Shown here: piece by piece, positions 18,103-28,425 of the stretch
Layout: each line of letters begins with the position of its first letter
How positions within the stretch are numbered: the first letter of the stretch is position 1
Source: an uncultured Nitrososphaerota archaeon
Lineage (GTDB): Archaea > Thermoproteota > Nitrososphaeria > Nitrososphaerales > Gagatemarchaeaceae
Length of the DNA: 64,000 nucleotides
NCBI GenBank assembly: GCA_963838925.1
Contig: CAWISW010000001.1
Location: forward strand, 64,001 to 128,000
Direction: 5' to 3'
Position numbers and translations under genes: made by a program
The notes under the pieces: model-generated
What the model was told of the DNA's origin: nothing
Database searches by the model: none
The model's input: only the letters and a program-made list of their open reading frames with translations

Positions 18103-18528
18103 CTACTTCTTCGACCGCGCGGACTTTCGGGCAGCCCTCTTCGCCTTGTGGGCCTGCCTCCTGGGCATCGACTGGTACAAGCCGATGAGGTTGCCTTCGG
18201 GGTCCGTTCCCATGTATGACCAGCCCATCGCGGGTACCTCCTGCTTCCCCACGACCTCCTTCCCTCCGGCGGCAAGGAAGGCGGTGATCGCAGCGTCAAT
18301 CTCGGGGACTGCCACGTAGTTGCGGAGCGTCTCGTGCTCAGTCTGCTTCTTGTACATCCCGCCCCCGACGCTCCTCCTCCTCGGACCAGTCGTGATGGTC
18401 CAATAGTCCATCCCGCCACCCATCGGCATCTTCGCAAACTTCCAGCCGAACACCATCGTGTAGAACTTGCTCAGCTTGTCGACGTCGTTCGCAGGTATCT
18501 CGAAATGTACTACGGTCTTGATGACCAT
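18103..18528 (-). CDS. VOC/glyoxalase-family protein
   Basis: VVHFEIPA, FY..VFGW, GGGM, DPEGNLIGLYQ; basic C-terminal tail. Confidence 0.88.
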   Translation of the reverse strand: MVIKTVVHFEIPANDVDKLSKFYTMVFGWKFAKMPMGGGMDYWTITTGPRRRSVGGGMYKKQTEHETLRNYVAVPEIDAAITAFLAAGGKEVVGKQEVPAMGWSYMGTDPEGNLIGLYQSMPRRQAHKAKRAARKSARSKK

Positions 18529-18718
18529 GCCCTCGTCAAGGGTCTCCCCGATATTTAGCGGTTGAATACGGATTCTAATGTGGCCTACGGAGCCTACTGT
18601 TCCTCTATTCCGCCCGAAGGTCGCCCGTTTCCCTCAAAGGCTCTCAAAGGCTTTTAAACCCCACGAATCGAAACGTGAATTCCCTGTTTCCCACGGTGAG
18701 TGATAGCAAGTTTTGGTA

Positions 18719-19360
18719 ATGCCGAAGGTGAAGGTGCTTCAAGAGACTGAGGACACCATAGCGCTCCAGCTCGAGGGCGTCGACCGCAGCTACGCGAACG
18801 CGGTGAGGCGCTTCTGCATCTCTGAGGTCCCCTCGATGGCGATCGACGACATCGTCATCCTCGAGAACTCCTCGGTGCTCTACGACGAGATACTCGCCCA
18901 CAGGCTGGGCATGATCCCGCTCAAGACCGACCTCGAGAGGTACGTCCTCCCCGAGAAGTGCGACTGCGGCAGCCCCCTCGGCTGCCAAAAGTGCAGGGTC
19001 CTCCTGGTGCTCGACGCGAGCGCGAAGGACAAGCCACGCACCGTGGTCTCCGGCGACCTCGTCTCAGAGGACAGGGACATTTGCCCCACGAGCACGAACA
19101 TCCCGATAGTCAAGCTCGCGGTCGGACAGTCCGTCAAGCTCGAGGCCTACGCGAGGCTGGGCAGGGGGAAGGAGCACGCGAAGTGGCAGCCCGCCACCGC
19201 GGCCATCCTTACCGAGGGCAAGGGCGAGGGGGTCTTCGTGCTCAAGGTCGAGACGAGCGGTGGCATGCCCGCGAAGGAGATAGTCATCCGGTCGATAGAG
19301 AAGCTCGAGGAGAAGCTGAAGGAGCTCCACAAGGAAGTCGAGGAGAAGGCAGCCCAATGA
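18719..19360 (+). CDS. rpoD: RNA polymerase subunit D (Rpo3)
   Basis: ANAVRR..ISEVP, NSSVLYDEILAHRLGMIP, GKEHAKWQP. Confidence 0.97.
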   Translation: MPKVKVLQETEDTIALQLEGVDRSYANAVRRFCISEVPSMAIDDIVILENSSVLYDEILAHRLGMIPLKTDLERYVLPEKCDCGSPLGCQKCRVLLVLDASAKDKPRTVVSGDLVSEDRDICPTSTNIPIVKLAVGQSVKLEAYARLGRGKEHAKWQPATAAILTEGKGEGVFVLKVETSGGMPAKEIVIRSIEKLEEKLKELHKEVEEKAAQ

Positions 19361-19722
19361 CCGCGCTCAAGGTCGCTAAGGACAACAAGCTCCTGCGGAG
19401 CGCCATAGTCCTCCTCGAGAGGAAGGCCCGCAGCGAGAAGATAGGGATCTGGAGGGAGGCCGCAAGGTACCTCTCCTCAGGGACCATGATGTGGCCCGAG
19501 GTCAACGTCGGGCGCCTCGCTCGCTTGGGCGACGCGTCGGCCGTCTTCGTCCCGGGCAAGGTCCTGGGAACGGGCAACATCGAGAAGAAGCTCAACGTCG
19601 GCGCGTTCTCCTTCTCCGCCTCCGCGAGGTCGAAGATCGAGAAGGCGGGCGGCAAGACGTTCTCCGTGGAGGAGTTCGTCAAGAAGTATCCCGAAGGGAG
19701 CGGGGTCGCGCTTGTCAAGTAG
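19357..19722 (+). CDS. rpl18e: 50S ribosomal protein L18e
   Basis: EVNVGRL, VPGKVLGTG, AFSFS..ARSKIEKAGG; ATG overlaps rpoD stop. Confidence 0.94.
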   Translation: MTALKVAKDNKLLRSAIVLLERKARSEKIGIWREAARYLSSGTMMWPEVNVGRLARLGDASAVFVPGKVLGTGNIEKKLNVGAFSFSASARSKIEKAGGKTFSVEEFVKKYPEGSGVALVK

Positions 19723-20269
19723 CAAGGCCAAGGCCAAGGCCAAGAAGGCGGAGGCCCCGGCACCCAAGGCAGAGCCGACGCAGGCAGCGAAGCCGGCGCC
19801 CATGGCGGAGGTAAAGGAAGCGGCGAAGCCCACGGGAGACGGCGTGCTCTACATTGACGCCACAGGCCACGTCGCCGGCAGGCTGTGTTCGAAGGTCGCC
19901 TCAGAGATACTCAGGGGGAAGAGGATCGTCGTGCTCAACTCGGAGATGGCCGTCCTTTCAGGCAAGAGGGCCACGGTCATCGAGGCGTGGAAGCAGAAGC
20001 TCGAGCTGGGCAGCAAGGTCAACCCGATCTACGGGCCGCTGCACCCCAGGCGGCCTGACAACATCATGTGGAGGATGGTCCGCGGAATGGTCCCGAAGGA
20101 GAAGGCCAAGGGGACGCAGGGACTGAAGAGGGTGCGCTTCTACATGGGGGTCCCAGCGAAGTACTCCGGCGTGAAGCTCACGAAGATCGACGAGGCGCTT
20201 GCCACCAGGCCGCTCCCCATGTACACCACCATCGCCGACCTCGCGCACAACATAGGATGGAACGGTTGA
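19712..20269 (+). CDS. rpl13: 50S ribosomal protein L13
   Basis: IDATGHVAGRL, YGPLHPRRPD, VRGMVP. Confidence 0.95.
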   Translation: MSSSKAKAKAKKAEAPAPKAEPTQAAKPAPMAEVKEAAKPTGDGVLYIDATGHVAGRLCSKVASEILRGKRIVVLNSEMAVLSGKRATVIEAWKQKLELGSKVNPIYGPLHPRRPDNIMWRMVRGMVPKEKAKGTQGLKRVRFYMGVPAKYSGVKLTKIDEALATRPLPMYTTIADLAHNIGWNG

Positions 20270-20275
20270 GCTAGC

Positions 20276-20701
20276 ATGGTAACAGAGAAAGCAAAGCCGG
20301 CGGCGAAGCCCAAGCTCTACCCGGGCGCAAGGAAGACGTCGAGGGCCACCGCGGCCCTCAGCCTCGGAAAGGGAAGGATCAGGGTGAACGGCGTCCCGCT
20401 CGAGGTGTGGCAGCCAGAGGTGGCGAGGCTCCACATGATGGCCCCGGTGGCGATAGTCGGCGAGCTCAGGGAGAAGTACGACGTCGACGTGAGCGTGGCT
20501 GGAGGAGGCTTCATGAGCCAGGCGGACGCCTCGGCGATGGCGATAGCGCGCGCGTACCTCGACCAGGTGAAGGGCGCGAGCCTGAGGGAAAGGATGGGCG
20601 CCTACAATAAATACCTCCTGGCCGGCGATCCGAGACAGACCGAGCCCAAGAAGTTCGGCGGACCAGGAGCGAGAAGAAGACGACAAAAGTCATACAGGTG
20701 A
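20276..20701 (+). CDS. rps9: 30S ribosomal protein S9
   Basis: [29 protein letters not shown]. Confidence 0.97.
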   Translation: MVTEKAKPAAKPKLYPGARKTSRATAALSLGKGRIRVNGVPLEVWQPEVARLHMMAPVAIVGELREKYDVDVSVAGGGFMSQADASAMAIARAYLDQVKGASLRERMGAYNKYLLAGDPRQTEPKKFGGPGARRRRQKSYR

Positions 20702-20711
20702 CCAGATTACA

Positions 20712-20924
20712 ATGATGATTCCCATCCGGTGCTTTACCTGCGGCAAGCTCATCGGCGACAAGTTTGCCGACTTCGAGGGCAGGGTGAAGGCCGGGGAGGA
20801 CCCAGGGAAGGTCCTCGACGACCTCAAGATCAAGAGATACTGCTGCAGGAGGATGCTCATCTCCTCGGTCGACCTGATCGACCAGGTCCTGCCCTACTAC
20901 GCTCAGAAGAACCCTCCCACCTAA
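20712..20924 (+). CDS. rpoN: RNA polymerase subunit N (Rpo10)
   Basis: [16 protein letters not shown]. Confidence 0.97.
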   Translation: MMIPIRCFTCGKLIGDKFADFEGRVKAGEDPGKVLDDLKIKRYCCRRMLISSVDLIDQVLPYYAQKNPPT

Positions 20925-20998
20925 ACGGACGGGCGAGCTAAGAAGGGGGATTGGAAAGATGGCCTCTACCGCACGGCAGCCAGGGTGAGCGTGCCCGC

Positions 20999-22237
20999 AT
21001 GAGAATCAAGGAAGTCAAGGTGAGGGTCTGCTTCAACGGGAGGGGCGACCACGGCATCGAGGCCGACGTCACAGTGGAGCGGTCGCTCGGGAGGGCGATG
21101 TCCCCCTCGGGGGCCAGCCGCGGGACCAACGAGGCCGTCCCCTTCTTCGACAACGACCCCGACAAGACCGTGTCGCAGTTCAACAAGAACTTCGCCGCGA
21201 AGATAAGGGGATTGGACGCCGCCGACCCGGCGGGCATCACCTGGGCACTGCGTAACATCGACAGGACCAAGAACTACGCCAGGATCGGCGGCTCGCTCGC
21301 CTACGCCGTGAGCGTCGCAGCGTCCGAGGCCGAGGCGAAGGCCAGCGGCGTGCCGATGTGCCGGGTGATCGACCCGAAGTCGGGCACCCTCCCGTTCCCC
21401 CTGGGCAACACCATCGGGGGAGGGAAGCACGCGAGCGACCTCTCTCCTGCGTTCCAGGAGATCCTCGTCGCCCCGCTGGGGGCGCGCAACATCCGGGAGG
21501 CAATCGAGCTCAACCTCAAGGTCCACAAGGGCGTGGGCAAGAAGCTCTCGAAGGCGCTGAACTACCCCGTTGGCAAGGGCGACGAGGGAGGCTGGTCTCC
21601 CGGCCTCACCGACATCGAGGCCATGGGGGTCGTCTCCGAGGTCGTCGCCGCGGTCCAGGACGAGACCGGGAGGAGGATAAGGATGGGCGTGGACGTCGCC
21701 GCCGACAGCCTCTACGACCCGAAGAAGGGGGGCTACCACTACAGGACCACCAAGAAGACCCTCTCGCGCGAGGAGCAGATGGTCTTCGTCTCCGAGCTCT
21801 GCGACAGGTACGACCTGCTCTACGTGGAGGACCCGCTCTACGAGGACGACTTCGAAGGCTACGCGCAGCTCCACGCGGGCCTGAAGGACACGCTCGTGAC
21901 CGGCGACGACCTCTACACCACCGACGTCGAGAGGCTGAAGATCGGCGTCTCGAAGAAGAGCACGAACGGCGTCATAACGAAGGTCAACCAGATAGGCACC
22001 CTCTGGGAGGCGCAGCAGTTCTCGAACCTCGCCAAGAAGACGGGGCACGTGGTGGTCGCGTCCCACCGCTCGGGGGACAACGAGGGCGGGCACCTCGCCC
22101 ACTTCGCGGTGGGGTTCAGGTGCGGCCTCATGAAGTCGGGCGTCGTGGGCGGCGAGAGGACCTCCAAGCTCAACGAGCTCATCAGGATAGGGGAGCAGCT
22201 CGGCACCTCGGCAAAGATGGCCTCCGTCCAGCCGTGA
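20999..22237 (+). CDS. eno: Enolase
   Basis: PSGASRG, GDEGG, VEDPL, GDDL, KVNQIG, SHRSG. Confidence 0.95.
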   Translation: MRIKEVKVRVCFNGRGDHGIEADVTVERSLGRAMSPSGASRGTNEAVPFFDNDPDKTVSQFNKNFAAKIRGLDAADPAGITWALRNIDRTKNYARIGGSLAYAVSVAASEAEAKASGVPMCRVIDPKSGTLPFPLGNTIGGGKHASDLSPAFQEILVAPLGARNIREAIELNLKVHKGVGKKLSKALNYPVGKGDEGGWSPGLTDIEAMGVVSEVVAAVQDETGRRIRMGVDVAADSLYDPKKGGYHYRTTKKTLSREEQMVFVSELCDRYDLLYVEDPLYEDDFEGYAQLHAGLKDTLVTGDDLYTTDVERLKIGVSKKSTNGVITKVNQIGTLWEAQQFSNLAKKTGHVVVASHRSGDNEGGHLAHFAVGFRCGLMKSGVVGGERTSKLNELIRIGEQLGTSAKMASVQP

Positions 22238-22296
22238 GCGCTGCAAAGGTTAAATGAGGTTCCCAAAGATGGCGAGAGGCTCGGCTTGACAGCGAA

Positions 22297-23001
22297 GTGG
22301 CAAGTATGATGTCCGAAGAGGGGGACGACGCCGGATCTGAGGAGAAGATGCTCTTCCCCCAACTCTCGGAGAAGGCGCTGCTCGCCACCGGGATCAGGAT
22401 CGGCACCCAGGTCAGGACCAAGTCCATGGAGCAGTTCACCACAAAGCCGAGACCCGACGGACTGCACCTTCTTGATTACGCAAAGACCCTCCACAGGATA
22501 GACGTGGCGGGCAAGTTCATCTCCTTCGTGGGGCCGCAGAACGTCGTGGTCTACACGAGCCGCGACTATGGCAAGGTCCCCGTGGAGAAGTTCTGCGAGG
22601 TGACGAAGGCCATCGCCGTCACCGGGCGGTTCATGCCCGGGACCCTCACCAACCCGCTCTTCCCCGGGCACCTTGACGTCGAGCTGATAGTCGTCGCGGA
22701 CCCCGCCTCGGACACTCAGGCCATCATCGAGGGCGCGAAGATGGGGACCCCCGTCATCGCAGTCTGCGACACGGACAACATCACCGACGACATCGACCTT
22801 GTGATACCGGGCAACAACCGCGGAAGGCGCTCCCTGGCGACGATATTCTACCTCCTCGCGAGGTCGGTCCTCACCCACTCCTCCCTCCTCACCGGCGACC
22901 AGCCCCTGAAGTACACCATCGACGACTTTGAGACCAAGGTGACAGAGTCGGACATGGAAGAAGAGGAAGAGGAACGGCCAAGGCGCCGCGACAGGTTCTG
23001 A
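22297..23001 (+). CDS. rps2: 30S ribosomal protein S2
   Basis: GIRIGT, GRFMPGTLTNP, IPGNNRGRRSL. Confidence 0.96.
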   Translation: MASMMSEEGDDAGSEEKMLFPQLSEKALLATGIRIGTQVRTKSMEQFTTKPRPDGLHLLDYAKTLHRIDVAGKFISFVGPQNVVVYTSRDYGKVPVEKFCEVTKAIAVTGRFMPGTLTNPLFPGHLDVELIVVADPASDTQAIIEGAKMGTPVIAVCDTDNITDDIDLVIPGNNRGRRSLATIFYLLARSVLTHSSLLTGDQPLKYTIDDFETKVTESDMEEEEEERPRRRDRF

Positions 23002-23085
23002 CGCCAGTCGCACCCAAATCACCGTCTTCGTCATCCTTATTTTCGCGACCAAGGAAGGAAGCGGCGTGTCCCGTGGTGAGCCCTC

Positions 23086-24009
23086 CTGAAGGCCGTCGCT
23101 GAAGCCCCGGGGAAGGTCATAATCTCCGGCGAGCACTTCGTCGTCCACGGCGCGACCGCGTTAGCAGCCGCGATCGAGAGGAAGGTCAGGGTCGAGGCGA
23201 CCCGGGGCGACCGCCTCGCCATCGACTCCCAGCTGCGCGACCCCAAGGACCTGCTGCCCGCGAGGAAGGTCGCTGAGTCGCTCTACAAGGCGCACAAGGC
23301 GGAGCCTCGCGTCTCCATCTCGATAACCTCCACGCTCGCGGACGGCGCCGGCCTCGGCTCCTCCGCCGCGACGATGATCGCGATAGCCGCCGCCACGAGC
23401 GCCCTCGAGGGCTGGGGCCTCGACCAGGCCGCGCTGGTCAGCGCCGGGGACGCCGGCGAGAGGCTGGTCCACGGCAACCCCTCGGGGATTGACGCGACGA
23501 CCTCCGCCATGGGGGGCGTGATACTCTTCAAGAGGGGCGAGGCGCCGCGCCGAGTCGAGCTCCGCACGCCGGTCACCCTGATGGTCGCCTATTCGGGGAG
23601 GAGGAGGAACACTGGGAGGCTGATCAGGAGGGTAGCCGGCATGAAGGAGACGTACCCGTCGCTCTTCTCGAGCCTGTGCGAGAGCGCCACGATGGTCTCC
23701 GGCCTGTGCGCCGAGGCGCTGGTGAGGGGCGACGCGCTCGCCCTCGGCAGGCTCATGACGTACAGCCACGCCGTCCTCGCTCGAGCGGGCGCCTCCAACA
23801 GGAGGCTCGACCAGCTCGTCGACCTCTGCCTGAGCTCAGGGTGCCTCGGCGCCAAGCTCACGGGCGCCGGGGGAGGGGGTAGCGTCCTGGCGGTCCCGCC
23901 TTCTGACGAGGAGGAGGCCGGGGCGGTGGCGGCACAGCTGAGGAAGAAGGGGTACGACACCTTCTTCACGAAGATCCCGACCGCGGGAGCGAGGGCGTGG
24001 ACGGAGTGA
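23086..24009 (+). CDS. mvk: Mevalonate kinase (probable CTG start)
   Basis: APGKVIISGEHFVVHG, GAGLGSSAA, HGNPSGID, GAKLTGAGGGG; in-frame TGA at 23077 limits the start. Confidence 0.93.
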   Translation: MKAVAEAPGKVIISGEHFVVHGATALAAAIERKVRVEATRGDRLAIDSQLRDPKDLLPARKVAESLYKAHKAEPRVSISITSTLADGAGLGSSAATMIAIAAATSALEGWGLDQAALVSAGDAGERLVHGNPSGIDATTSAMGGVILFKRGEAPRRVELRTPVTLMVAYSGRRRNTGRLIRRVAGMKETYPSLFSSLCESATMVSGLCAEALVRGDALALGRLMTYSHAVLARAGASNRRLDQLVDLCLSSGCLGAKLTGAGGGGSVLAVPPSDEEEAGAVAAQLRKKGYDTFFTKIPTAGARAWTE

Positions 24010-24788
24010 CCCGCGGTCCCAACGCCCCGGTGACCATAGTCAAGCTGGGCGGGTCGGTCATCACCGACAAGAAGGTCGCCTTCTCCTACAGGGAAAGGGC
24101 GGTCCGGGCGCTGGGCAAGGCCATGGTCTCATACGGGCTGCCACTGGTGGTGGTCCACGGCGGCGGGTCCTTCGGCCACACCGTCGCGAAGGAATACGGC
24201 CTCTCGTCCAGCAGGTCGTCGCGCTCCCCCGAAGGGGTCAGCGAGACGAGGGAGGCGATGCTGAGGCTCGACTCGAAGGTCTGCGCCTCGCTCTCGGCCG
24301 CGGGGCTCCACCCGTACCCCTTCTCGCCGTTCACCCTGCTCGACAGGGATGGAGGCCCCTCGTTCATCTCCAGGCTCATCCACGGGGGGACGACCCCTGT
24401 CACGTTCGGCGACGTCGTGCACGACGGCAGGGGGTTCAGGATCCTTTCGGGTGACACCATGTGCGTGGAGCTCGCGGAGATGCTTGGCGCCGACCGGTGC
24501 GTCATGGCCATCGACGTGGCGGGCATCTTGGACAAAAAGGGAGTTGTCATCAAGGTCCTCGGCGAGGACAACTCCGCAAGCTTTCTCCCGTCACGCCGGG
24601 GCAGAAGGGGGGCGGACGCCACCGGGGGAATAGCGTTCAAGGTAGCGGAGGCACTGAGGATGGCATCGTCGGGGACCGAGGTCAGGCTCGTTTCGGGGCT
24701 CAGACCTGCGGAATTCTCCAAAGCCTTAAACGCCGTTGACTTCCGTGGGACTACCGTAAAGGTACTCCGCGGTGTCTCCAGCAGATAG
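23997..24788 (+). CDS. ipk: Isopentenyl phosphate kinase
   Basis: VKLGGSVITDK, VHGGGSFGH, ILSGD, DATGGI..K. Confidence 0.93.
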   Translation: MDGVTRGPNAPVTIVKLGGSVITDKKVAFSYRERAVRALGKAMVSYGLPLVVVHGGGSFGHTVAKEYGLSSSRSSRSPEGVSETREAMLRLDSKVCASLSAAGLHPYPFSPFTLLDRDGGPSFISRLIHGGTTPVTFGDVVHDGRGFRILSGDTMCVELAEMLGADRCVMAIDVAGILDKKGVVIKVLGEDNSASFLPSRRGRRGADATGGIAFKVAEALRMASSGTEVRLVSGLRPAEFSKALNAVDFRGTTVKVLRGVSSR

Positions 24789-24845
24789 GGAACCATCCTT
24801 AATCACTTGCGCCACTCAGCGGGGCAAGAGGAAACTGACCAGACC

Positions 24846-25895
24846 ATGACCATGCAGACACAGAAGATGCTCACCGAGATGGTGAGGGTAAAGTCCGCCG
24901 TGGACAAGATGATACTCGACGACTTCCTCCCGAAGCACAGCCCGATCCCGGAGGTCGACCTCCTCTACAGGATGCTGCGCGACTACCCGGCGAGGCCCGC
25001 GAAGGGGATGAGGGCGCTGATGTGCGTGAGCGCGTGCAAGGCCTTCGGAGGGAAGGAGGAGGACATCCTCTCCACGGCGGCGGGCATCGAGGTCTTCCAG
25101 CACTGGATCCTCATCCACGACGACATCGAGGACGGCTCGGAGATGCGGAGGGGCTCGCCCGCCCTCCACAAGAAGTACGACTGGAGGCTCGCCCTCAACG
25201 CGGGCGACGCCCTCCACGCGATAATGTGGGGCGCCCTCCTCAGGAACAGGAAGAGGCTGAGCGACGAGAAGACGCTGAGGGTGATGGAGGAGTTCTACAC
25301 CATGGTCAGCAAGACCACGGAGGGGCAGCACATCGAGCTCGGGTGGGTCGTCAACGGCAGGTGGGACCTCACCGAGGAGGACTACTTCACGATGTGCACC
25401 AACAAGACCTCCTGGTACACGGTCATCGGCCCGCTCAGGCTGGGCGGGGTCGTGGGGGGCGCGGACAACGCCTCGCTGAAGCTGATGGTGGAGGCGGGCA
25501 AGAAGCTGGGAATAGGCTTCCAGATACACGACGACATACTCAACCTCTCCGGCGACCAGTCGAAGTACGGGAAGGAGATCGGGGACGACCTCCTCGAGGG
25601 GAAGAGGACGCTCATGCTCATCAGGCTCCTGTCGCTCTGCACCGAGGCCGAGAGGGAGAAGGTGAGGTCGGTCTTCAAGCTCCCCCGCGACCACAGGAGG
25701 AAGGAGGCAGGCCGAGTGATGGACCTGATCCAAAAGTACGACACCATCGACTACGCGAGGCTGATGTCCTCGAGGCTGGTCAGCGAGGCCAGGACGATGC
25801 TGGGCGAGGCGAAGTGGAAGGACGATGCCGCGTCCGCGGAAGCCGTGGGCTGCCTCGACGCCATCGCGAAGTTCGCCGTCGAGCGGGACTGGTAG
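24846..25895 (+). CDS. idsA: Geranylgeranyl diphosphate synthase (polyprenyl synthetase)
   Basis: LIHDDIEDGSEMRRG, EGQ, FQIHDDIL, DLLEGK. Confidence 0.93.
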   Translation: MTMQTQKMLTEMVRVKSAVDKMILDDFLPKHSPIPEVDLLYRMLRDYPARPAKGMRALMCVSACKAFGGKEEDILSTAAGIEVFQHWILIHDDIEDGSEMRRGSPALHKKYDWRLALNAGDALHAIMWGALLRNRKRLSDEKTLRVMEEFYTMVSKTTEGQHIELGWVVNGRWDLTEEDYFTMCTNKTSWYTVIGPLRLGGVVGGADNASLKLMVEAGKKLGIGFQIHDDILNLSGDQSKYGKEIGDDLLEGKRTLMLIRLLSLCTEAEREKVRSVFKLPRDHRRKEAGRVMDLIQKYDTIDYARLMSSRLVSEARTMLGEAKWKDDAASAEAVGCLDAIAKFAVERDW

Positions 25896-25954
25896 CCGCC
25901 GCCACAACGATATATGCACACCCTGACGACCGTAGCGAACCAGCAACAAGGACC

Positions 25955-27715
25955 ATGTCGTCCCAGCTAACGCCGGACCAGCTACAGGCCATGGAGAGGA
26001 ACGCCCTCCTAAACGCGGTCAGCCACCAGGGCAGCGCGGAGGTGGGCGCGGTCGTGAGCAAGAGCCTCGGAGAGACCCCCGCGCTCAGGACGATGGCGAA
26101 GGACGTCGCAAGGGCGGCCGCAGAGGTAGTCAAGCGCGTCAACTCGCTCTCGCCCACGGAGCAGCAGAAGCTCCTCGAGGAGAGGTATCCCGACGCGCTG
26201 CAGGCCAGGGACCAGCGAAAGGCCGCCCAGATCGCCGATGAGAAGGCCCACACCACCCAGCTCCCGCCGCTCAGGGACGCCGTCAAGGGCAAGGTCGTCC
26301 TCCGTCTCCCTCCCGAGCCCTCGGGCTTCATGACCATCGGCCACGCGATGGCCGGGGTCATCAACGCCACCTACAGGGACATGTACGAGGGGGAGCTCTG
26401 GCTCAGGTTCGAGGACACCAACCCGAGGAAGGTCCACAAGGCCTACTACCAGTCGTTCCGGGACGGCTACAAGTGGGTAGGGATCCGATGGGACCACGAG
26501 AAGGACGTCTCCACGGACATGGAGGTCCTCTACTTCCACGCGAGGAGGCTCATCGAGATGGGCGCCGCCTACGCCTGCGCGTGCCCCGCGGACCGCGTCA
26601 AGGAGCTCCGGACCGAGGGGAAGGCCTGCGAGCACAGGGGAAGCTCGGTCGAGGGCAACCTCAAGGTCTGGGAGAGGATGCTCGCCCGCAAGTGCAAGGA
26701 GGGCGAGTGGGTCATAAGGTTCAAGGGCGAGCTCGACAGCCTCGACCTCTCCCTCAGGGACCCGAACATCCTGAGGGTGATCGAGTCGTCGCACCCCGTC
26801 GTCGGGACGAAGTACGTCGTCTGGCCGGTCTACGACTTCGAGGTCGTCGTCGAGGACAAGCTCTGCGGCGTCACCCACGTCCTTCGAAGCTCCGAGTTCC
26901 ACATCGCGCTCCAAGACCGCGTGAGGGAGCTTCTCGGCTTCCCTCCCGTCGTCGTCGAGCAGTTCTCTCGCTTCAACTTCAAGGGCACCCCGGTGTCCAA
27001 GAGGCTCCTTCGCCCCCTCGTCGAGGAGAAGGTCGTCACGGGGTGGGACGACCCGAGGATGCCCACCATAGAGGGGGTGAGGCGCAGAGGGATCGTCCCC
27101 GAAGCCATCCGCCAGTTCACCCTGCAGGTGGGGTACGGCAAGACCGAGCACACCTACGACTGGAGCCTCCTCTTCGCGGTCAACAGGAAGATACTCGACC
27201 CCGTCTCGATAAGGGTCTTCTTCGTGCCCGACCCCCTCCTCCTGAAGGTGAAGGGGGCGCCCCCGCGCCACCTCTCCCTCTCCTTCCACCCTTCATACGA
27301 CAGCCTCGGGAGCAGGGACGTCGAGGTCCCCTCGGACCCAAGCCTGTGGGTGCCGAGCGCGGACCTCGCGACGCTGAAGGAGGGCGAGGTCTTCCGTCTC
27401 ATGGACCTCTACAACGTCCGCCTCGCGAAGAAGGGCAAGGCGTCTCAGGCCGAGTTCGTCGGAGAAGAGAGGATCCAGGAGGTGCGGAAGGTCCAGTGGG
27501 TGGTCGACGGCGCGGAGAAGAAGCAGGTGAAGGTCCTCGAGCCGTCGGAGCTCTACCTGGATGACGAGACGCTGAACCCGCACAGCCTGAACGTGCGCAA
27601 GGGGTTCGCGGAGAACGCCTTTGGGAAGCTCGGCCCGGGGGACATCGTGCAGTTCCCCCGCTACGGCTTCGTGAGGGTCGACGCCCCGGGGCAGTGCATC
27701 CTGACGCACCCTTGA
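25955..27715 (+). CDS. gltX: Glutamyl-tRNA synthetase
   Basis: PPEPSGFMTIGH, LRFEDTNP, VTHVLR, GWDDPRMPT, VQFPRYGF. Confidence 0.96.
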   Translation: MSSQLTPDQLQAMERNALLNAVSHQGSAEVGAVVSKSLGETPALRTMAKDVARAAAEVVKRVNSLSPTEQQKLLEERYPDALQARDQRKAAQIADEKAHTTQLPPLRDAVKGKVVLRLPPEPSGFMTIGHAMAGVINATYRDMYEGELWLRFEDTNPRKVHKAYYQSFRDGYKWVGIRWDHEKDVSTDMEVLYFHARRLIEMGAAYACACPADRVKELRTEGKACEHRGSSVEGNLKVWERMLARKCKEGEWVIRFKGELDSLDLSLRDPNILRVIESSHPVVGTKYVVWPVYDFEVVVEDKLCGVTHVLRSSEFHIALQDRVRELLGFPPVVVEQFSRFNFKGTPVSKRLLRPLVEEKVVTGWDDPRMPTIEGVRRRGIVPEAIRQFTLQVGYGKTEHTYDWSLLFAVNRKILDPVSIRVFFVPDPLLLKVKGAPPRHLSLSFHPSYDSLGSRDVEVPSDPSLWVPSADLATLKEGEVFRLMDLYNVRLAKKGKASQAEFVGEERIQEVRKVQWVVDGAEKKQVKVLEPSELYLDDETLNPHSLNVRKGFAENAFGKLGPGDIVQFPRYGFVRVDAPGQCILTHP

Positions 27716-27752
27716 AGCACGTCATCGCCCTCTGCATTCAGGTGAACGGCCG

Positions 27753-27941
27753 CTAATGACGTACAAACCCCACCGCTTTGGCCTTTTCAAGCATCCTCCG
27801 GTCCGCTGTGAACACCTCCAAGTGGTTGGCCGCTCCTAGCGCTAAACAGGACGAATCGTAGACGGTCGACCCATGGTCAGCCGTTATATCCAAAGCCGAC
27901 CCCCACACGCTTCGGTCGGGGGAGATCTCGATGAAACGTTG
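27753..27941 (-). pseudogene. VapC (PIN) C-terminal fragment
   Basis: SALDITADHGSTVYDSSCLALG..VFTADRRMLEKA then stop; no intact N-terminus in frame. Confidence 0.65.
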
Positions 27942-28425
27942 GCTATCGCGTACCCTGCGATTTGTCGACTCGTCTCTCTGCCAGCTTCGTTAGCTTCGCA
28001 TCCACCGCCAACGTGGCTTCGAAGGTCATGTCCGCGATGAGTCGAATCTCCGCTCTCTTCTGCTCGCTTAGTTCCTTCAGGCTCATCCACTTTGCAACCT
28101 CTCTTCCGCTCGTATATGCTTTTCAAACAACTCGTCGTAGAGAAGCTTCGCCTCCAACGAGCTGCTGAACATGATTTGGTCTGTCGAGCATGAACTCCAG
28201 GGCCCCACCAATGGAGAAGACGTCCTTGGCTATCTCAATAGCTAATGGTCGTCTATCTGCTTTGACATTCGCAGGTGCCTGCTGGTCCGGATTCTCTATT
28301 CACATCGGCACCGTCAGCACACTAGGTTGAAGGTGGGTGTCTTGCCGAAGTGTTCTCGCACCATGGCCTCTCCCGCAGGCAAGCTGACCATCATTCCCCC
28401 ATTTCGGACGAGTCCAGTCGAGGGC

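Noticed and set aside
25022-25954. N-terminal fusion on gltX
   Set aside because: Off-frame overlap with idsA; the real start is ATG 25955.
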